DNA of 64,000 nucleotides from the human T2T-CHM13v2.0 reference genome, Homo sapiens, in the NCBI RefSeq assembly GCF_009914755.1, contig NC_060940.1; one strand, 5' to 3'. The notes beneath the pieces were generated by a model, which worked only from the letters and a program-made list of their open reading frames with translations, did not search any database and was not told the DNA's origin. The translations under genes were made by a program, and so were the position numbers. This document shows, piece after piece, positions 42,141 to 56,499 of the stretch; position 1 is the stretch's first letter, and every line of letters begins with the position of its first letter.

Positions 42141-42340
42141 AAAATATATCATTTCTCTCTGGTGCCATTTCCATGACTGCACCCAGGCTGTTTCTCTCCT
42201 ATTTCGGCAGACAATTCCCTTATCAGCAGCTGAGGACCCAAATGAGTAAAAGCAAAACCATGGGGTCCTGAGTGGTTTCAGGTGATCCACAAATTTGACA
42301 CAAAAACAAAACCAAAAAAGCTTGTAAACAAAGGCCACTA

Positions 42341-42777
42341 TGTGGCAGATGCTATTAGTTCCCCACCCTCCCAATACCCTTGAGGATGCACCAGCCTACG
42401 TCCAGTTGCCGGGACTTGTACCTTTCTCTAGCTGACTTACTCCAAGGCACCATGAGCCTCCAGTGCTGGGGAGATAAACTCTCACTCTCAACAGCTCTCA
42501 AAAAATGACTGACAGAAGGTAGTGTATACATACCCCAGCCCCCTTTCCCATCAATAGGATAACTTGGAGGCATGTTTCTACACCAGTTCAGAGTTTCCTC
42601 ACAGGATCAAGCTCCTCATTCACAGTGGTAGCTGTTCTGATGAACACCCTGTATTGGCTCATTTCTTTTGCCATCTCACTCTCTCTCTCCTGCTGGTGTT
42701 TCCTACACCTCCCAAACAACTACTTGTGCTTGACTCCTTGTCTCGAGGTCTGTTTCTAGGGAACCCAAACTAAGAAA
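42341..42777 (+). mobile_element. LTR16-family ERVL solo LTR
   Basis: tgtggcaga...cctcccaaacaactacttgtgcttgactccttgtctcgaggtctgtttctagggaacccaaactaaga. Confidence 0.85.
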
Positions 42778-42801
42778 GCTTCATAAGAGATGTGCGTTCT
42801 T

Positions 42802-43088
42802 GGCTGGGCATGGTGTCTCACACCTGTAATCCCAGCACTTTGGGAGACTAAAGCAGGAGGATTGGTTGAGTAGTTCAAGACCAGCCTAGGAAACACAGTA
42901 AGACCCCATCTCTAAAAAATTAAAAAGCTAGTCAAGTGTGGTGGTGCACACCAGTAGTCCCAGCTACCTAGGAAGCTGAGGCAGGAAGATTGCTTGAGCC
43001 CAGGAATTAGAGATTACAGTGAGCCATGATCACGCCACTGCACTCCAGCCTGGACAACAGAGTACAACCTCATCTCTAAATAAATAAG
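42802..43088 (+). mobile_element. AluJ
   Basis: Dimer with ttgagcccagga and (taaa)n tail. Confidence 0.92.
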
Positions 43089-43141
43089 TACATACATAGA
43101 TAGACAGGTAAAGTGCATTCTCTCTGGCCTTGAGAACAAAG

Positions 43142-43520
43142 TGCATTGTCAGAATAGGCTAGGTTATATTACTGTAACAAAAATAATTTCAGTGACTTAA
43201 CACAAAGTTTATTTCTCCAGTCAAAGAAGATATGGTGACTCTTCTCAGGCAGCTCACCTTCCAGTGGCCACTCAGGGATCTCTGCCCGGTCCATGTGTGG
43301 CTTTATTATCTTGGCGCCCTTCTCTTCCAGCCTTGTGGAAGATGGAAAGAGGGAGAATGGAAAATTACAAGATGTTTTAAGGGGCAAGCTTGGAAGTATT
43401 CTACATCATTTCCACCCACATTCAGAATTCAGTCACATGATTTTACCTGAATGCCTTTTGTGTGTCCAGGGGGAAAGTAAAGGGGTCGATGAAAGCATCC
43501 CATTGTCTTTTCCATACAGA
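43142..43520 (-). mobile_element. Old MaLR LTR (MLT1K/L-like)
   Basis: gtcagaataggctaggttatattactgtaacaa...tcagtgacttaacacaaagtttatttctc. Confidence 0.65.
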
Positions 43521-44027
43521 TATACAAGGCATCTGGCTGGAGCCTAGAATGGGAGAATCCTGACTTCCAGGCCATAGCCCTGGTCAAGGAAATGGTATTG
43601 GCCATCAGCAGCAACCTCTTTTTGGCCTTTGTCTTCCCTAGCTCCTGAAGCTACATCTCCTGCTGATCCCACCTGCAGACCTTGGCTGGTTTCAGTCATT
43701 CATTTAACACACAGTGTGTGAGCACCTACTGTGTGCCAGACGTTATGCTAGGCACTGGAGATAAGCTGGTTTCTGAAGCACGGGTTTTGGCCACAGCAAT
43801 AGGTGTTCCAACAGCTATCATCCACCGTTCAGTGGGAACTTAGCATCTGTGTTATTCAACCAGCTTTCCTGGAGACACCCCTTACAGGGCAGTTCTAAGT
43901 TTCCAGGGAGCCTCCAGCACAGCACATCGCCTCACCCCACCAGTTCTCTAAATCAGGCTGTTCATGAGCCTGGACCTCTGCTGAGGTTCCCTCTCTGGGG
44001 TTTGCCAATTTCCCCCAGTCTCCTCTA

Positions 44028-44758
44028 AGATGGCGATTCTTAATCTGGGGCCTACAAACCTGGATGGTAAACAAAGGTTGCATTTTTATTCTCACTAACC
44101 CCTAACTCATGGGTTGGCACATTATGGCCCACAGGCCAAATCTGGTTGGCTCACCACCTATTTTTTCATAGCCCATGAGCTCTGATTGTCTTTTACATTT
44201 TCAAATGGTTGGAAAACACAATCAAAAGAGGAATAATATTTCATGACTTGTAAAACTTATATGAAATTCGACTTTCACTGTCCATAAATAAAGTTTTATG
44301 GGAACACAGCCATGCTCATTCATTTACATATTATCTGTGGCTGCTTTCAAGCTATATCAGCAGAGTTGAATAGTTGCTGACAGAGACCATATGGCTCACA
44401 AAGCCTAAAATATTTACTATCTGGCCCTTTACAGAAAAGTTTGCTGACCTCTGCTATAACTGAAAGTTAGTGTTTTCTTCAATTATGAATAAAGGCAATA
44501 ACCAGAGTGGTCACAGTACCTGTGACTTTGTCACCAATAGAATTCACAGGTATTTTCATAACATTGCATTGTTACATATTTTGAAATATCATGTATACTC
44601 ATCATTATTTCAGAATTAGAGCAATTATTAGACCCATCATTTTATCTTGTCATTTTAAAGCATTAAAAAAGAAACACATATATATTCTGAAAAAAGGTCT
44701 ATGGGCTTCGCCAAACTGCCAGAAGGTTTATGACCCAAAAAGGGTAAAAGTCCCAATT
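44028..44758. mobile_element. hAT-Charlie (Charlie4-like) element split by MER58
   Basis: tttattctcactaacccctaact | gaaagttag...acctgtgactttgtcaccaatag. Confidence 0.7.
44108..44453 (+). mobile_element. MER58B
   Basis: gggttggca..tatggcccacaggccaaatc...acagccatgctcattcatttac...aaagcctaaaatatttactatctggccctttacagaaaagtttgctgacctctg. Confidence 0.9.
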
Positions 44759-46014
44759 CTAGGAGAAAGAGGACCCATCTGGCAAAGTCCTGATTTCCCA
44801 CCCAGCTCTGGCCAGTTCTCTTGTGCAGAGGGCTAAAGCCAGCTCCCTGTATCCCATCAGCTCACTGGGAATGGAGAGCTCCTGGACGAACAGGGAGTTT
44901 GTGTTGCCTTCCTGGCCCCGTGTTAGCACTTGATGCTTGAATCCTCGGCAGCACTCATTTCTTTCCCTAGTATTGCCTGACCAGCAGTGCCCTTGCCATG
45001 CCCATGGGGCCTGCATCTTGAGCTGCCCAGCCACCCTTACCCAGCCAGCCTCAGGAGGGCTTTGATGTCAGGGCCCATGGACTCTACTAGAGACCTTGGA
45101 GGTTCAGTTTCAGGCTGGGGGCTGGGAAGGGATGCAATGCCAGGGCCCAAGGACTGATAGCCCAAGAGGACCCTCTTGCCCTTTCCCACTCCTGTTTCCT
45201 GCAAGAATGTCATCTTTACTAAGTTAAATCCATGTTCCGTGCCTATCCAAGAAAGATGGGGGGCTCATGTTGCTTCACACAGGAAGCACCACATTGGACT
45301 TTGTATGGAGAGGCCACATTTACTGCCCCTAAGGTCCGAGCATCTACATGTCCTAGATTCAATAGAGGCATTGAATCTAAAATTCCCACTTAGGAATTTG
45401 GGAGACTTTAAGGTACTATCCTGAAAAGGTCACATGACTTTTGACTAAGCCATATATACATGGAAACCTCTAGAATAAATATGGAGGACAGGACTGGGTT
45501 GCTCCAGTTGGCAATATGGTTAAGATCTTCAATATTTATGTTTCTTATGAAATGGTACCTGAACTTTCCTTGCAAGAGAACATGATCACATAACTATGTG
45601 TGTGTGGCCCATGTGGGTTTTCAGAGTCAGTGAAGGTAGGACAAGGCTGCTGGGTGGAGCCAGCGCCCTGAAGGAGATATCTGAAAGCAGACACTGCCAA
45701 CCTGAGGAAGGTAGGTTGTTGTTGAAGTTTAACTTCCCAACCCCCTCATTCCTCAGGAAATCTCCTCACAGAGCCTACAAAGTTCTCCTTCTCGGGGCCT
45801 TTCTGAAAAGGGAAAGCTCCCAGAATGGTCTCGGTGATGGAAAGATAGGCTCAGTGACCACCAAGGATTCCAACATTCAGACATCATCCACTAGACATTA
45901 ACCAAGAATCTCCTGGTGAACCCATCAGTGAACCAGGCCTGAGAAAGCTATCCACAGTTTGCCTGGGCTTCCTTGGTCCAGGGAGGGTGCAGATATGGAG
46001 CGTCAGCCTCGGAG

Positions 46015-46081
46015 ATGGGTGACCAGCCATCTTCGTTTTCCAAGAAAGCCCCAGGAAAACTGGGACAAGTTGGCCACCCTA
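46015..46081. mobile_element. MER81-like short hAT-Blackjack MITE
   Basis: TIR pair gggtgacca...tggccaccct. Confidence 0.6.
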
Positions 46082-46329
46082 CAGGAGACCTTCAATTCTG
46101 CCTTCTAGACCTTGCCAGTTGTCTCACTGGGTGACTTCGAGCAAGTCTTAATTTCTTCATGTGTGACATGGCAGCCTGTCATCTTATTAAAACCAACCAG
46201 CTAAGCATTCTATTGAGTCCATTGGTTTGTACTCCAGGGTCAATATTTATGAAGAACAAAGCTGGTTTAATATCACTGCTTTGATACACACCATCATTGT
46301 TGCCTCTTGCATTCTCTACTGCATTTCCT

Positions 46330-46530
46330 GCCAAAGGATATTCACAGCTATGGCCTCATTTTAGCCTAACAACTCTGTAAAAGAGAAAAGATAAGAAGGA
46401 GAGATCGAAATTTTAGTTATCCCCATTCTGCAGGTGCACAAACAGGATCCCAGAAAGAAGTGACTTTCTCAAGGTCACCCAGTGAGTAGGCAGGTGGTTC
46501 TGTTCTCTGGATTGCTCCCCAGTGCCTTTG
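46330..46530 (-). mobile_element. MIR relic
   Basis: ttatccccattctgcaggtg...agtgactttctcaaggtcacccag. Confidence 0.65.
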
Positions 46531-48932
46531 CTTAGAGTCTTCACATTTGAGCAACTCTGCATGCTGATAATATTCAACCCCACGGTGTCTCATGTACTAC
46601 TTACCCTAGTTCTTGCCTCTCTTGTGAGAACAGGTCCAGTGTGTCACAGGTAACACAGACTTACAATCACAAAATGGGGTATTGCTATGAGGGATATTGA
46701 TGAGACTTTAAAGATGGAGTAATTGGCTGATAACATAATGAGCCTTAAAGTAGATAATAATATTGAGCTCTAAAGGGGATATTAGTATTGATCTGCCTCA
46801 TCAGTCCTGTTGGGAGGATTAGCTCACTGGCAATTGTAAGAAACTTTGTAATGAAGGAGCACAAATGATAGCACATTTGAGACTCACCTTATGCCCTTTG
46901 GGATGCCTCTCCCTAGAATGATTTAAGTAGTAATCTGGATGCCATAGCAACTAAGACCTGCTTGATGGAACCCTTCATCCCTCTGCTCCCTGTGCACTTC
47001 TGTATTCTTTAACTCAACCCTAAGGCGAAGACTTCCCTTTCCTAATAAAACAAAAGTGCAGCAAAAAGCATTTGATTTTTGGCCCCTAAAAGCAGCAGGA
47101 GCATGGCAAAAATGTAGGATGCTTTTAAGAATTCCAACTAGATGCAATACTCTTATCTGTGGCCACAGAAGTCATGGGTGGAAGAGTCACACTTAGAATA
47201 ATCAAAGATGGCCAAAGGGGCTCTGCCAACTAGGGGCTCAAGAGAGGCCATATAGGAGGCATTGATTTTGTGGTTCTGATCTGGAGTTCTCTTTACTGCC
47301 ATTAGGGAAACATTAGCTCTCTCTCACCTGCTCCCATAGCCAGTCCATGTGGAAAGAGTTCTCTGGGTTGTTTTCATAATGTCATTATTGTAGTAATACT
47401 GGTTTCAGAGTAGAAGTTTAATAAATGCTGACTGATTGATGTTCTGGTGTTTATGTGTGCATTACGTGCTTACTCACAAGCAAGCTTTTCCAATTTTGCC
47501 TTTGCTTTGCACTGAATCACATGCTTTTTTTCCTGAGCCCCTTGTGAAAAAACAAATGAATGAAGAAGTGATTTGCTCAAAGTCATGCAGCTTAAAAATG
47601 ACGGAACCAAGATGTCCCCAGAGCTTTTGACACCAAGCCTAGAGCTTCTTCTATTCTGCCCTCCTGCCCTCCATAACCATGCTGCAATCCAATCACAAGC
47701 ACTCAAGGGGACTTATGCCCCATGCTTGTTTTTATTTTCTCTGTGCTCTAACCAGCTAAGTGTTCACTCAGCAACAGTCATTCATCAAGGGAGGCCATTG
47801 AGCAGGAGGTTCTGTTGACTGTGCTAGGGGCAGCCCAGCCTCTCCACTGCCCCAGGGATACCTCTAGGGGACACCTGCAACCCTTCTTTTGCACAGAAAA
47901 GTAGTGAAGTTCACCTTGGTATTCAAGATGCCTGCATTTTCTCCCCATCCTCTCAATTCCTCCTCTCTCAAAAGTATTTTAAAGAAAAAGATTTAAAATT
48001 GCTTGGAAATTGAAGCAAGATTGCCTGGTTATTGATTCAAATTCTGGCAGGCCTGACTTGAAGCTGTCTCATTTGTTACTGTCACCAATTCCGATGGCTA
48101 AAGAGGAATCCTGAGGAATTGGGCTGAAACCAAATGATCCAGGAATCTCTCCATCCCCCACCCCACCTCCATGCAGGAGAATTTCATATTTCCATTCCAG
48201 CTGAGGTCTATTGCAGGATGTTAATTGGGATTTCGGTTGGTGTCTCTCACTCTGGGGTTTTGCTTAAACTAATATTTTTGGTTCTTTGTTTCTGTATCTT
48301 AACAGCAGACAACAAACAACCTCTGATTAGCCACAGAATGACAAGAGCTGGGTTTATCCAGCAATTTGGCAGATAGACACAATAACAGTAGCCTTTGAAG
48401 CACTGCTATTGGGAATGTGATAGGGAATGTATTGTGGCAAAGAAATCCTATACTTTGTGTCATCCTCTGCATAGAAAAAGAATCTGGGTCTATTGCATCT
48501 TGTAAGAAAAAAGATATTAGAGAGACAATAAGATACTAGTAATAACAGTCTGCTTATATGCTAAAAGGGCTTGAGACACAATCATACAGACCTGAATCTA
48601 CTTGTAATTTTGTAGGCTTCCTTTAGCAAATTTTCTTTGCTTGGTTTCTATGGAAACTGGAGGCTGCACATGAGCTAGAGACACTCAGTAGTCTTTCCTG
48701 GCAGATGTGTCCATTTCAGATATCTCTGATTTAAGTGATGTCATGTTTTAACCACAAAGATTAAAAGAAAAAGTAATACTAATCCATTTGTTGTGCTCAC
48801 ATAATTATTGCTGAGAAAGTCTATGTTGATAGCTACCATTTATTGAGCACTTGCTGTGTTCCAGGACATATTCTAAGCAATTATATATCTTCGCTCACTT
48901 AATCTTCCCAGTAGCCCCATTGGTTTGGTATC

Positions 48933-49710
48933 TGTAACAATCAAGGTCCAGCCAGGAAAACAGAAACCACTCTAGGTGTCTCAAATAGAAGGAATTGAAT
49001 ATAAGGAATTAGTTATGAATACACTGAAACTGCTGAGAGGCCAAACAAGGGGCTGGGAGGCAGCTCAGAGAGTAGAAAATATAAGGAGCTACTCTAAACC
49101 CTGGGGCTGGAGAGACAATGGAAAGAGGTCATGTTTCCTGTGCCAAGTTGAGACGGAGTGGCATGAGCTAGAACTATCACAAGGACTCCATGTAGGAGCT
49201 GAGACCAAGTTTCCAGTTAAGCTTGTTTTTAGAGCTCTACTGGTAGAGGTTGAGAAAGCTGACACCAGATTTTCTTTCTCTATTTCAGGAAAAGAGAAAC
49301 ATGCTCACTGGCGTAAAGGGGTATCAAGAGGTAAGGAAATCCAACAACAGCAGAACACTAACCTCTGTTTACCCAACCCCGTGTCATGGTCACCAAGCCC
49401 AGGGCATGGGTCAGTGGTTAAGAGAACACTGGAGCTGCAGCCTGGAACCTCCTCCTGAGGGGCAGGAACTATCTGGTGGGCACTGGACCTATGAGACTGC
49501 TACCAGCACATCACAGGAAGCAAAGAGAGAAAGAGGGAGTAATGCCCTGCCTTCTCTCTGTCTCCTACCCTCAGACCTTCTGTCAAGTTCTCCTATTGGC
49601 TTGAATCTGGGGCCAGAAGTCAAAGGATTCTGGGAAATGAGTTCCCCTGTGATTCAGAGAAGAGCAGAGGAAGTACAGAGATGAACCTGAGAGCAAACTA
49701 GCAGTTGATT
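48933..49710 (-). mobile_element. Old ERVL-type LTR (LTR41/LTR33-related)
   Basis: tgtaacaatcaaggtccagccaggaaaacagaaaccactctagg...ctcctattggc..ggccagaagtcaaagg. Confidence 0.6.
49289..49330 (+). other. Candidate 42-nt exon inside the LTR
   Basis: CTGAC branch motif, ttttctttctctatttcAG acceptor, GAG|GTAAGG donor; frame-preserving. Confidence 0.4.
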
Positions 49711-50866
49711 CGTGGAGTACTTCTATACCCATTTTATTAATAAGAAAACTGAGGCACAGAAAGATTATTTTCCAAAGACAAACATTAGCAAGTAAAATGA
49801 CTTGTTATCTGGTTAAATCCACCCCCTTAACCACTTTATAATATCTTCTGTGGAGGGAAAAAGGACGTCACACACATAAAAATCCTATATCAGATGCCTT
49901 TCACCCAAGTAGGCCCAGTTGATTATGAAAACATTCAATTGTGGGAGACTGCCCATCTTAAATTTGCCCATCTGGGGGTTCTGGATATTTATTTAATGTA
50001 TGCTTATAATTCCAGACGATTCAGCCTGGCTACGTATCCATGCCTTGAGTCATAAAAATATGAAAAGGGCATGTTCTGACTAGTGACATGGACCTGGGAG
50101 TAGGGGAAGACTGAACTGATGAGGAACCTCACTTTTCTCATATTTGCTTTGATTCCATTTGGTTAGAGTGTCACAAAGAGGTGAGGGAGAAAGTAGGAAA
50201 AAATTCCCAGTTCCCATTTTCTCCCTAAAGGTTTGACCATCTGCTGCTGCTAAAGTTGTTAGAGAAATCTATCAGTGGAAAGCTAAATGTCTACCTGAAA
50301 GCTTCATCTTTTCTCTGAATTGGGAGAAGAAGACCATTTAGCTGAGGGACAACTTGGCAAAACTTGAAGAGAATTGTTTCATCTGATAGCCAGGGCAGAC
50401 CCTTCCTAGAGGCAGTCATGTCTTCAGAGAGCTTACTTGAAAACCAAGGAACATTGCAATATAAGGATTTTCAGTGACTAGCAATAAGATAACATTTCTG
50501 GTGAGCTTATTTTCCTTGTTTCCTTTTAAATGTATGCTTTATGTGAAGGAACTTCGGTATTTGTAAGGCTAGTCCTGCTTACCTTAGCAGACAAATCCAT
50601 GGAAACGTGCGGATGCTTATCTTCCTTCCCAAAGGGTCCGAAGTGCTTCCCTGGTTAAAGACCCCTGAAGGGGGATGTTTTTCTCCCACTGAATCCCCAA
50701 GACCAGCAGGGAGAGTGGTAGACTCTGTTCCTTGCAGGACAGCACAGTTCTGGCCTGCCCCTGACCTTAATCCCAGGGAGAAAGCAACTTGTGGAAACCG
50801 AAGCAGGCAGAGTAAAATCCCTTCTGTCCCCCTCAAAATATTTTTTCCAGAACTAATGAAATTTAA

Positions 50867-51214
<348 letters not shown>

Positions 51215-51371
51215 TTAATGGCCAGGAAGTCTTAATACTTACTTTCTCATTATGGATATGAGGTGAAATACATTTGCATAACAAAGAGTACCTGTTAATT
51301 TTGCCAGGTGCCTGGCTTTAAAGACAAGAAAGAAAAATCCTATATCCTGTGACCTCCATGAGTTTCCTTTA

Positions 51372-52447
<1,076 letters not shown>

Positions 52448-54164
52448 GTTTTATCGACATTATCATCATCATTATTATTATTACTCCTGCAACATGGGGG
52501 CTTTCTGGGGATTCCAACAAGATAATGCGTACAGACGTGGAACATAACAGGCTGTCAATTGATTGTATTTATCATCATCATCATCATCACTGTACTTGGC
52601 TCTCAACAAGAGGTAAGGAAGGAAAGAGTGTCATGGCCAAGAGGCTTTCTGGAGGAGATGACCCTCCTGCTGGGTCTCAGAGGCTCTCCTTTTACTTTTA
52701 ACACCTGTAGTACTCAATTCTTTTCAGGTAAGGGCTTGCAGTAACCAATTTCCAGGACACAACAATCTAGACAGAGCAGAGGATATTCAATGGGTTCATA
52801 TTTGCTGCCATTTTTTTAGTCTGGACTAAAGTAAGAGCGTTTGATTATTCAAATTATTTTAAAATTGATTTTATCATCTTATTGAAACTTTAGGATTAGC
52901 AGAGTTTTAAAAAGGAAGGAAAGAAAGAATGACAAAGAACCTCAAATCTCTGTTTGTTCGAGATGGTTTAGTTTTGAAAGATGTTGGTAAGTTGATCTAC
53001 CTGTATCAAATTATTCTATAGAGAAAAGCTTTATGGAGAGACACACAGGCTGGATCTTTCCTCTCCAGAACCAGCTAAAAATACTTCTTTTCCTTATCTC
53101 ATGGGAATCTGACCCATCTCAGCCATTGAATTGGTACCAGCAAGTGGTACCAATGGGGGAAAGCCATGCTTCTGTCTTCCCATGGAAAATTACATTTGGT
53201 GGAACAGGTGGGGCAAAGAGTAGGTTCCTGCAGGAGGTGGCACACAAGGCTTCCAGGAAGGTAGGCACCCTGCCAACCACCTCCTTCAGCAAGCAGAGAC
53301 ACTCTGCCCCCACCCAGACCCCGCCAAGCACAGCCACAGAGGCAATGCCTGCCTTGGCGTGGATGGAGTACTGTGCCATGAGCCCTGTGCATGGCGGTGG
53401 TGGCAAGTTTCCTGAGTCCCCAAGTCAACAAATCCACCCATCTCCCCAGGCCTGAAACTACTCCTGTAGTCAGCCCCTCGGGTTAAGGATGGACAGCCCC
53501 CCATACTACTAAGATACAAATGTGTAAAGCCCTCCTCCAGCCAGGCACTAGCACTAGAGCTGAGAGTGAACTACCGGATGGCCCAGCTGGACAGCATGGC
53601 CATGAAAGGAAGGGCTGCTCCAGCACCATGTTTGGGGCTCCCCACAGCACTTTGCAGGTCTAGGCTGCCACTGTGATTCTCTAGACCTCTCCTTCCTGGA
53701 GCAACCACAGCCACCATCAAGCTCACACACTTTCCTTCCATTCCATTGTCCAAATCCCACCTCTCTGCCCATCTACGGCTCCCAGGGAGCATTTCCAGAC
53801 CCCACCCATAATGGTCACTCTTTCCTCTGACCTCTCATAGCTTTTCATTTATTTTAAGAAGTAAATTACTTTTTACATTGACTCATAGTTAGGCATGTCT
53901 TTATTTCCATTCTACTGGTTGCTGTGTTTCCACCATGCTTATAAATGTTTGCTGAATAAATGAACAGATGACAGTCTGGAATCAGAGAAGAAGGTCCAAG
54001 CATAGATCTGTGGAGAGCATGCCTGAGGAGGCCCAGGAAGGGTGCTGAGGAGCTTGGAGGGTGTCTCAGGATGCTGCATGTTCTGGGGGTACCAAAGGCC
54101 TTAGCAGGGAAAAGGAGGGGTTTCATAAGCAAATCCTGACATCCGATAATGCCTGGGGGCCCCT

Positions 54165-54800
54165 GGTAGGCAGTCAGGACCTTTTGGGTTGCAAGAGACA
54201 AGAGTCAGTTCAAACCGGCTTCAGCAAGAAGGGTATTCTTGGCTTTCTTGGATGGGAAGGATACTGAAATGGCTCACAGAATGAAATGAAGTGTTCCAGG
54301 AACCAAACCCAGGATAGGAAGTGAAACCCACTAAGGATCCAGGAGATGTCTCTCCTCTCCTCTCTTCCCTCTCCCTTTTTCCTTCTCCTCTGTCCCCTCC
54401 CCCATCCTTTTTCCCCTCTCCCCTCATCTCTCTCCCTCTCTTCCTTCTCTTTCTCTCTCTCCATCTCATTTTCACTGTCTCTATTTTAATAGCACTCTCT
54501 TTTACATCAGAAAAGTTCTCTCCACATGCCAGAGAAAATAGCTCCTAGCAACTCCAGATATAAACCCTTAATGATTTAAAACTAAGAAAAACTAGCTTTC
54601 CACCTCCAATCAGAAGATTCCATGGGAGGCCCCCAACTGGCCTGGATTCTGTGCATCCACCCCTTGGACGAGTCACTGTGTCCAGGGATGTGACACCATT
54701 CTTGGCCCAACTGTGTGAAGGAGGCCAGGCACCATGATTGACAGCTCCACTAGGGCCACACGGAGGCATAAAACAAGAATGTCAGAGACTCGCTACACTA
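54165..54800 (-). mobile_element. Old MaLR LTR (MLT1K-like)
   Basis: cagtcaggaccttttgggttgcaagagaca...caaaccggcttcagcaa...tcactgtgtccagggatg. Confidence 0.6.
54349..54470. repeat. Polypyrimidine (CT-rich) tract
   Basis: About 120 nt of almost pure C/T. Confidence 0.9.
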
Positions 54801-54965
54801 GCAGACAAGGGCTCTGGGATGGGCTCTTGGAAGGGATGATGGGGAGGACTTAGAAATAACTTCAGGCCGGGGTGATGATATCAAGACCAGGGATGTTTTT
54901 CCAGGCAGCAAAAGAGAGCCCCTCTGAAACTTTGGACTCTTGTCTCCTAGGGACACCCTATTTAA

Positions 54966-55388
<423 letters not shown>

Positions 55389-55464
55389 TGAGCCTTGCTG
55401 GGACACATGAGAACCTCCAACCTTTCTCACCTATAAAGCTGCACTGGATTAGGACTCAAGCACC

Positions 55465-55625
55465 TGATTTTGAGCCTTGACTCACTTTCTCATTTATAAA
55501 CTGAATGTGTGGATAATATCTGTACTGCCTTCTCTTAGAAGTTCTTGTGAAAATCACATAATGGAATGTGTGAAAAGCGCACACTGCAAACTGTAAAGTA
55601 CCATACAAACTTAAGAACTTGCTAT
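55465..55625 (+). mobile_element. MIR relic
   Basis: ctcactttctcatttataaa...gttcttgtgaaaat...tgtgtgaaaagcgc. Confidence 0.55.
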
Positions 55626-55839
55626 TTCAAAGTCGTTCACCTCATCTCACACTTGAGGCTCTATATCACTCTCATTAAACTTTCTTTCATTCACTTCTTC
55701 TACCTGAATAAAAATAAAATTATACTTTCTAATTATTTTTTAATTAATTATGGTCCTTTGTAAAAGTGATACACACACATAGTTTTCAAAGGCACTTAGT
55801 TCGACAAATACATGATTAAAACAGTAGTCTTCTGGTCAT

Positions 55840-56443
55840 TTATAGAAATCCCAGATATTTAGCCAGGTGTGGTGTTGCACACCCATAGTCCCAGCTACTC
55901 TGGGAGGCTGAGGCGGGAGGATCACTTGAGCCTGGACATTGGAGGCGGCAGTGAGGTATCTATGATAGTGTCACTGCACACCAGCCTGGGCAACAGACAA
56001 GATCCTGTCACAAAAACAGAAAACCAAAAAACAGATATGCTCATCTCACATCACATTGATGCAAATATCTTAAAATAGCACTCATGCTCATCACTACTTC
56101 AAAATTACAGTCATTCTGCCCTTCTTGTTATTTAATGTGCTCATTAAAAAGCACATACATTGCTATATCCCTATTTTGTTTTTTGATATTTTGACAACTA
56201 TATTTCAATATGATCAGTTTCCTTTGTACTTCTATGCATTTTATGTGCTTTAAAATATTATTCTGTCTTCATTCCTCTCTTCCTCCTTCCCCCCAATTTT
56301 CTATAAACCTTAAACTGCTCTAAAAATAAAGTCTATTAATAAAATAATTTTTTCACTTGTTAAAACAGCATTATTTTGAGAAGAGATCCATATGCCTCAT
56401 CTGATTGTGGGTCCACAGCATAAAAAAATACTTTGAATCCTTG
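55840..56443. mobile_element. Second Charlie4-like element with an Alu monomer and an L1 3'-tail fragment inserted
   Basis: atagaaatcccagatattt...ctcatcactacttcaaaattac..., same family text as 44.5 kb. Confidence 0.65.
55859..56030 (+). mobile_element. FRAM / Alu right monomer
   Basis: tagccaggtgtggtg...aggatcacttgagcc...ccagcctgggcaacag. Confidence 0.85.
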
Positions 56444-56499
56444 CTTCAGTTCAATGTCAGGTGCTAGACCTCCTGGTTTAATCCTCTCATTGTGAAATC

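Larger units (their letters stand above)
48830..49840 (-). mobile_element. MIR split by an ERVL LTR
   Basis: agctaccatttattgagcactt...ttaatctt | acccattttattaataagaaaactgaggcacaga. Confidence 0.7.

Noticed and set aside
48976-49684. 160-aa and 144-aa ORFs
   Set aside because: Lie inside an LTR, have non-ATG starts and show no retroviral protein motifs.
53033-53455. 140-aa ATG ORF in unique sequence
   Set aside because: No recognisable domain, overlapping ORFs on both strands as expected from higher GC, and no clear promoter or splice support.
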